Shown: piece by piece, positions 55,768 through 64,000 of the stretch
Numbering within the stretch: position 1 is the stretch's first letter
Layout: each line of letters starts with the position of its first letter
NCBI GenBank assembly: GCA_964016885.1
Contig: OZ024746.1
Span: 9,486,001-9,550,000, forward strand
DNA length: 64,000 nt
Direction: 5' to 3'
DNA from: Eledone cirrhosa
Lineage: Eukaryota
Position numbers and translations under genes: made by a program
Notes under the pieces: model-generated
What the model saw: only the letters and a program-made list of their open reading frames with translations
Database searches by the model: none
What the model was told of the DNA's origin: nothing

Positions 55768-55976
55768 CCCTTTAGCATTTAAACTAGCCATATCCGGCCA
55801 GAATTCTCTTGCCTTTTTCTGTTCAAACTGGCCATAACTGACCACTCATATTTATGTTAAGGTATTGCTCTCAAAATAAATAATATCAATATCTCATAGA
55901 TTCGATATTATGTGAGATAAAAGCCTTTACTGTGAAAATACAATAGTAAACATAGAATAATGTAAATGCTAAAGAG
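55768..55976. mobile_element. piggyBac-type MITE copy (opposite orientation to 26382-26602)
   Basis: TTAA-CCCTTTAGCATTTA ... TAAATGCTAAAGAG-TTGA. Confidence 0.75.
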
Positions 55977-58019
55977 TTGAAGGAATTTAGAAGAAACCCC
56001 TCTAATGCCAGCATTCGAGCTAGGTCTCAATATTTAAGGATATCTTTCTCTCTTCTTACCAGTCTTGGAGACAAGAAAAGGAGCCATCAGCAGTGCTTTT
56101 CCTTTTGACTAAACAATTTCCCAAAATACATGTTTGAACACACCCACAGCACACCCACAACACATATACATTCACAACAAATATGGGTAATCACATACAT
56201 TGTTACATACTCTTAAGTTAGTCATAAATTTATCACATGTTAATAGATGTATAGACTTTCATTTCGCAATATAGTGCCTACATGTTCTGTGCACATTTAT
56301 TAGCAATAATGTGTACAATAGGTGTACCCATTAATTTACAGATTACCTTTCACAAAGATCAAAATTAACTATTTTCTAATATGAAAACCAAAATTATAAA
56401 ATAAATCATTATAGATTCAGAAAATTAATCTATATGATAATGAAATAAATCAAAATAATTTTTTCAAATTTTATTTAATTTCCAACTGCATAATTCAAAA
56501 CACTTCTTATGGATTAAATAATGAACAGTTAATTGCAAAAGTACAGACTTTCTCAACTGATAGCATTTTACATTAAAAGAGATCAATTTTGATTGAACAT
56601 GCTTTGAGAAGACCAAATGTTTCAGTGGGAATCACTTGAAATAAAAACAAGATTCAAACAATGTACATTTATCATGTTAGGGGAAGCTTTGCATAGAACA
56701 TCCAAATTAATGATGGTATAGTCAAGTACAGTGTTAGATGTAATGAAGCTACCTAGCATGGTACAGTTAAGGACGAATGGCACAAACCATATTGTCTAGC
56801 ATTGTGCACATATCTCTATGTTGTGGACTATCCTTTAGTAGTAGTAGTAGTTGTGATTATAGTGGACTAACATTTCAGTTTTCAAAATTATGCAGTTATC
56901 AAATACATATTCCTATGTTTCCAGCCATGAACTTAAAATATTCAGTTTCTAATCACATGCTTTTGTCTTAAATCACATTGAGTGGTATTTTAACCAGGCT
57001 TTTTAACCTTATTGAACTATCACCTGGATCAACACAATAACCTGACCATTGGGTGTCTTTAACATATGGACCACATCACTGATGTGAAAATAACTAGATA
57101 TCTTGATGTGATTCATTCTACTATAGTAACCCATGAGGTGTTGTTTCTTACTACCTTTAATCAACCTGCATACCTTGCCATCATCCTTTGATTAGGCCAT
57201 AAACTTTCTTTTTCTGGTATTCTGTTTATTTTTTTTTATTCTGGTCCCAGACATTGGCCCATAGTCAAACTGGGACACTGCCAGTAGTTAAAAATGATAA
57301 AACAAATAAGTGAACTTTTAAAAAAACCTTCAGTTCAGTTTTATGTTTAAGTTCTATTTCTGCTTTCTAATAACTAATGAAATATGTTACAGGAATATAT
57401 AAATTGCCAAATGAAGACATAATTGTTATTGTTGTTCAGCTTAAGCTCAGCCCTGATTAAGCAAACCTAGGATCAAATACATGCCAGCACTGATCATCGG
57501 GATCCTTTTACTCTTATATAGTATATCTAGAACTACATTAGCCAATGCGTACTCTTCTTTCTGAGATGTTATAGTGTGATTTGAGCTAGATTTAGCTACT
57601 ATTTTCCTACATCGTCAAGTGACTGCATAAAGGCTTCTTTATTGACAGTTTTGAAATAAGATCAAGATATAAAAAGATTTGTAGACAAAATTTGATTAAT
57701 TAAATTTACATAAGAAAAGTTGTAGCTGTCAAAACCGTCAATATCAATTAAAGCAAAATCAGTTTATAATTATATTGGTAGACTTCCATTATAGAAGCTG
57801 TTTTTCTGTTTTCAGTCTAGCCATGCAAAGAACGTTTGTGTTGTTGCCTGTGTTTGAAACATGACTGCAGACATATTTGTATTAGTTTGTGATTAACATG
57901 TTTCATACCAAGGCTAAGATTCTTTTGTTTTCTATCCATCCCTGTTTATTAATAGGAATATTAATAATAATATTAAACAAATACCGTTTATAATGATATT
58001 GTTTCATCATTATTGGTAG

Positions 58020-58190
58020 TTTGGCAGTATCGGTAGAGGGTCAGATGCCATGCTTTGACGCATAGAGTTACGGCCCTTGCCATTCTGAGTTAAAATCCCG
58101 CCGAGGTTAACTTTACGGGGTCGATAAAAGTACCAGTAATGTACTGGGTATTTGCTGGCCTTGTGCCAAAAGTAGAAACAATTATTATCA
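58020..58190 (+). mobile_element. Meta-domain-like SINE (partial copy also at 58836-58925)
   Basis: Homologous to 6424-6606 and 45858-46030. Confidence 0.75.
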
Positions 58191-59708
58191 TTACATCTGA
58201 TTTGGAGATAAAATTCTGTTTAATCTTGATAATGTAATTAGGAAAAGTATTAATTCCAAATTTCTTATTTCATTTCCCAAATTAATTCATCAAATATATT
58301 TTTAACTGAGAAATCAGTTGTATTTGTTTTTGCTTTTTTTAATTGCTTAGACACTTTTCAAAGCCTTACAATTGTCTTGTCATCAGTTTCTGTCAGATAC
58401 TTGTTTTTTCTGATGATGTAAACTTTTGCATAATCCATTTTAAAATAATTTTTATGCCTCAGCTTCAAGTATGCATTGCTCTATTAACCTGGGGATGAAT
58501 GATAGAGTATATATTTGTAGTTTTTCTCTTTTTGAATTGAAGCCAGATAAGTACTGAGTTAGCATGGATTGTTAGTTTATTTATGCATAGCATTAGATCA
58601 CCAACCACTATGAATATTTGTAATACATTAATTATATGAGGTAACGATTAATGAACTGACTCAGGAAAGATTATTCAGGCAAAACCAGCAAGCAGGAGAC
58701 CAAGGGTTTATTTACCTTTCATGTTTCTTAGGTTAATAAAATCTAATACCACTTGAGTACTGGGCTCCCATTATTCAACTAATCCCACAAAAATAATGCT
58801 GACCTTGTGTCCAAATTAGAAATCATTATTAATGATGCCTTTCATCCTCACGGGGTCGATAAAATAAAGTACCAGTAGTGCACTGGGTAATTGCTGGCCT
58901 TATGCCAAAAGTAGAAACAATTATTATTATTATCATCATTATTTCTAGATGCTTTTAATAAACTAAGTTCATGACTTTTCTAATTCTTAGTTGTAATATT
59001 TATCCATGGTATTTATATATTTGTATTGTTAAAGAAACTCTTATCTTCTGATAGGTTTCTTAGTTTTATTTTGCCACTAAACACATTACCTTGCAGGGAA
59101 GTTTTTCAATTACCATAATGATTGTATTAAGTTAGCAATTCAATTTAATATACTTCTTTTTAATAACTTGCTGAAATAGTAACATATATTACATGTGGAT
59201 ATTAGACATTTAATTGGAATTTATAGATTGTTTATTTATATAAAATTGTGTATATGTATGTGAGTGTATGTGTATTCATTCTGAAGGGACATATTCTATG
59301 AAAAGAGACAGATTGCTTTAATAACAGTAGAAATGTTTTGAAGCTATGTAGAGTTTCTCAATTTTTATAAATTATATTTCGTCAATTTGATTGTGTATTT
59401 ATTAAGTCTAAAGTATTATAATCATTGAAAGTTTAAATAAATAGAATTAAACGCTTAGCAAATGAGAAATATATGTGCATGTGTATATGTAGGAGTATAC
59501 GTGTGTGTGTGTGTGTATATGGTGTTATAAATATGAATGCACTCATATGTATCTTTATACATATAAACTATCACTGCCGCTTGGTGCCACGGTCGGGGAT
59601 TTTACATATATGCGAACTGGAAACTACTAAATGTTTGGCCACCCTCTCGTCTCTCGGCCTTTTCAGCCCCATGGATTGTGTCTATTATATTCTTTTGTTA
59701 AATTTTGA

Positions 59709-59772
59709 ATACCTGATGATGTCACTGGATTCATACTGAACCCGGTCATTGAAATGTTCATAGTATAATAAA
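59709..59772 (+). ncRNA. Type I hammerhead-like fold (family F) followed by AATAAA
   Basis: atac-CTGATGA-imperfect stem II (actggattca/tgaacccggt)-GAAA-tgttca-TA-gtat-AATAAA. Confidence 0.62.
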
Positions 59773-61347
59773 CCTTTAAGGAATTACACCAGTCGAGCCT
59801 CTTGTTATTTTATAATAATTAACTCCGTACTCGCACCAACACAAATGAAGACGGGTGAGTTGCATTACGTGCTCTCCCTAATATTACATCAAGGTTGACT
59901 ATACGGAATGACCAGTTCTATCCAGTGGTGAACCAACAAACCTAAATATATATATATATATATAATAACAGGTGGATTCTGAATAGATATCAGATACTCA
60001 ATACATAGGTAGAGTATAGGCTTCTTTATTTTATATAGAAATGACTTCTGCAAGACTAGAACTGTTTCATTTGTATGAAAGCATCATGGATTTCATCTGA
60101 ATGAAACAGTTCTCAGGAATCTAACAGTATTTTCAGGGTAGCTGAAAATGTTTGTAAATCATAAATGCTGTGATTCAGATGAAAGGTAAACAACTTTCAT
60201 ATCTCTATCTTACAATAGTTTGTTTCTGCAAATTGTTTAACAAGAGTGTTATATTCAGGTTAATGTACAGGAAGGTTTTTTTTTTTTTTGTTGTTGTTTT
60301 AACTGGTAATTCAGTGTGAACAATAGTAAAATTGTGGATAGTATTCTTCATTTAGTGTAAGAATATATCATTTGTTTCATGATTTAGTCTTCCCTTTTTT
60401 ACTTTAGAAGAATCATTTTTTTATTGTTAGTTTAGTTTTTATATTTTGTTATATTTTCTTTCATTTTATTTGGTTTCTTTAAAGCCAACTACATGTTACC
60501 AGAGTCATTTAGAAGTGAACTCTCATCAATGAAGAGAGTCTCGTGTATTGGGCTGTGATATTTATAGGGTTAGGGTGGAAGAGGAGAAAGTCTGTTTACA
60601 TAACTTGACAGATTTATGGGCACCATGGTGTCGAATGTCAAATTGTAGTCAACAATATAAAAAGATATTTAAGATGAGCTACCATTTTCTTATAGTGTAT
60701 TTTCTAATTCCCTCACTTGGGAATATCTGAAAAATCAGATTTCAAAACACAAATATAATGTAATAATATTATATTTCTTTAATTACTTCTCAATATATGT
60801 TGTTAAATTCCATTTGAGGAATTTTAATTCTTGAGTGAGAATATAGATAATTAAAGGTTTTATCAGAATACACTGAATTTATAATTCAATTAAAAAAAAA
60901 TATTTGTTCAAAACTCCAGAGGTTTTATTTAGTTTAGTATTATTGTTTAATATTTATTTTCTCTTTAGCTAACATTTTTATTTTCTATTTTGATACTTAA
61001 AAATTTATCTTTAGATAATTTCTTTCCATATATTTTCTAAACATGTTAGATATTTTCTTTTAAATTACAATATTTAACAAATTTTCTTTAGCTCAATATA
61101 AAAATAAGAAATATATCACTGAAAATAGTTAATTTTTTCTTTCAACTGAAGTAACCAAGGGAGATGAATTACTGAGGTATTTGCTGAAAGCGATATATAT
61201 ATATGTATATATATATATATTAAAATAACAGATTAAAGTTTAAGCAAAGAATCGCTGCTTGGATTTTAGTCTTCAAATTTATTATTATTACTTATATATA
61301 TATATTATTACTTATATATATATATAAGTATATACCTATATATAATA

Positions 61348-62487
61348 CTAGCAGCAGTACCCAGCGTTGCCTGGGTAGGTAAAATAATATCTGCTTTGAT
61401 GACAAAGTGTTGATCTTAGCGACTGCTTCTCGATGACTCATCTATGGCCACACACAGGCCATGCAGGAGAGGGTGGTGATGACCTCTATCACTGAGAAAT
61501 GCGGGTGACTGACGAAGGGGCATGTTGGGGGAGGGAGGTAATGACCTCTAACACTAAGCCAAATTTCCTCACGCTACTTGATTGGAAACCGATGAATTCT
61601 CAAATACACAACCAAAAGCTCAGACGATGTCAGTGGCCATCGTTTTGCCTTTGACGATCTATAAGATGTGCAATGATAAGTTCTATCGTAGTATAAAAGT
61701 TGAACCAAATAAATTGATATGTGTGAGGTGGAGCCGAAGTTTCGAATTTGAACGAAATCAGTTGAAAAATGTGGGAGGTAATGATAGGTTGCCGTCCCTG
61801 AACAAAAAATGCAAAGTGTAAAGCTACTATAAGATGTGCAATAATAGGTTCTATCGTAGTAAAAAAGTTGAACCAAATAAATTGATTTGTGTGTGAGGTG
61901 GAGCCGAAGTTTCCAATTTGAACGAAATTGGTTGAAAAATGTGGGAGCTAGAGCCGAAAAGGCGGAAATTTGAGCGAAAAGGTGGTATTTTCGAATATTT
62001 AAGCGGCTGCTACGCCGTTCCTGAACAAAAAATCCAAAATGTAAAGCCCCTTTAAGACGTGAAATAATCAGATCTAGCGTAGTATAAAATGTGAACAAAG
62101 TAGGTTGATTAATGTGGGAGCTAGAGCCGAAAAAGTGGAAATTTGAGTCTAAAAGTGGTGTTTTTGAATATTTAAGCGGCTGCCACGCCGTCCCTGAACA
62201 ACAAATGCAAAATATAAAGCCATTACAGGATGTGCAATGATAAATTCTATTTTGCTTTAAAATTTGAACGAAATCGGTGGCAAAATGTGGGAGCTAGAGC
62301 CAAAAATCTTATTTTTATCTGCAAAATGACCCCGGAATAAAAAACAACGATACGCTGATATATAGAAAACACTCTACGTTGACTAATCTATGAGCCTGTA
62401 AAGTTTCATGAAAATCGGTCGTAAGATGTAGGCCCCTATAGGTAATACACAGACACACACATACTTAATTTGATATATATATACAGA
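61348..62487 (-). mobile_element. Non-autonomous Helitron with internal ~170-bp tandem repeats
   Basis: Minus strand begins TC (62487), ends CTAG (61348-51) and sits between A and T; subterminal hairpin TACCCAG/CTGGGTA (61358-61377); AATGTGGGAGCTAGAGCC recurs at ~61939, 62111 and 62284. Confidence 0.82.
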
Positions 62488-62728
62488 TAGCACTACAAAA
62501 TAAATTATATAGCATTACAAAATATATTCTATATATATATAAGAAAGAGAGAGAGAGTGAGTCTGTGGTGCTGAGACCAAGGAGACCACTAATCATGTGA
62601 GTACTCAACACATAGGGAGATGTAGAGTCTGTAAAGAGGTATGTAAAATCCTGATGACGGCACCAAGCAGTTTCGGTTTGCTAAACACACAAGCTGAAAC
62701 CGCTTGGCACCACAGTTGGGATTTTACA

Positions 62729-62773
<45 letters not shown>

Positions 62774-62919
62774 AATCCCATAACTCCTGATAGTCATATG
62801 GGCACTGTATTGACATACAGTGTTTCTGGGCCATTTTAAGCCTGGCAGAGCCCATCCCTCTCCAGGCCTGAATACAGCAGATTTCTTCCAGAGAAAGGAA
62901 GAAATCAACCCCAGTACTA

Positions 62920-63055
62920 AACTGGTACTTGTTTTATCGACCTCGAAAGGATGAAATACAAGGTTGATCTCGATGGGATTTGAACTTAGAGAGCCGGAAC
63001 GAATACCATAAAGCATTCTACCCGCTGCTCTAACGACTCTGCCAATTCACTGCCC
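62920..63055 (-). mobile_element. Meta-domain-like SINE
   Basis: CTGGTACTT..TTTTATCGACCTCGAAAGGATGAAA...GGGATTTGAAC...CTCTAACGACTCTGCCAA. Confidence 0.7.
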
Positions 63056-64000
63056 ACCCCCCACTCTCTCTCTCTCTCTCTCTCTTTATATATGTATAAT
63101 CTCACTTAACTCTTTGGTCAGTCAGCTTAACTTTTCATGACATTTTTACATTATAGAGTATTTAATGTTAGAAAATGTATACAAATAATAAAGAACAATA
63201 ACAAAAAAATAAACAGACATCTTTTTGTTATTTTTCCTCATTTATTCCTCTCCAGTTTTTACCCCTCTATTATACAGCCAATTCATATTTAGCAACGTCA
63301 AAAGGTTTCACTAAGCAACTTTTTTTTTATTAATATCTTCTTGCTTTTGAAGGTAGAACATATAATTATGAAAATAATATTTCCAAATTTTCCGATGTAT
63401 CTCTTCTGTTTTCAGTATTTGATATTTGAAAATGTATCTAGATGAAAAGCGCTTGCTTTAACAAGTCATCTTTTTGTTGGTTTTCCCTAATATGATCTCT
63501 CACCTGGTGTCTAAACCTTTATTACAGAGCCATTTTTTTTTTATTTAGAAATGTATGAAGGTAATATTAGTCATCCTTTTTATTTAACTGCATCTTGTTT
63601 TTGATGGTAGAACATATTTTGTAAATCATATTTCCCAAAGTATGATTCCCATTACACCTATGAAGACTTCTTTCATGTTTTTTCTGCACCACCTTGATAT
63701 ATTCTTTTCCCATTGGATTATTAATATTTTTATATTTAGTTTGTCACACATTTCATATTTCAGTTGCGTTTTTTTTTTGTTTTTTTTTGTTTTGCCATAA
63801 TCAGGTTGGAATTGCTGTTACCCAATAATGGCTAAATTGCTGGAATTTGGCTTTGATTTCAATTCTTTTGAGTTTAATTAATGATTCAACCCTGAATAAC
63901 TTTTGTTTTGATCATCATCATCGTCTTCACCATCATCAAAAGTCTTCTTTTTTTTGTGTGTTGTGTTTTCATTACACTACCAAAGGCAGCTCTGTATGTG

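Noticed and set aside
61574-62098. 174-aa ORF in the Helitron
   Set aside because: Arises from internal tandem repeats; no Rep or helicase motifs

Overview
AT-rich, repeat-dense eukaryotic (metazoan) non-coding DNA. The repeat content (huge (TA)/(TG) microsatellites, RTE LINEs with (GAT)n tails, tRNA-derived SINEs) suggests a coleoid cephalopod such as Octopus; this is inference. I see no intact host gene. Nearly all track ORFs are microsatellite artefacts, and the real coding remnants are LINE fragments (RTE, R4/Dong-like, Tx1/L1-like, Ingi/Vingi-like). There is also a non-autonomous Helitron, piggyBac-type MITEs and one weak candidate host exon near 51.2 kb. The main unexplained signal is a set of short, mutually unrelated non-coding cassettes in (TA)n tracts that carry type I hammerhead ribozyme (HHR) folds. 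About 8 are good and several more are degenerate; several have palindromic stem III and a downstream AATAAA. Four cassettes are long near-perfect DNA palindromes (20.6, 32.6, 33.5 and 40.2 kb), two of them with back-to-back HHRs on opposite strands. This matches Penelope-like element (PLE) pseudo-LTR / retrozyme biology, here at high density and diversity. All folds and alignments were done by eye, and boundaries are approximate unless stated.
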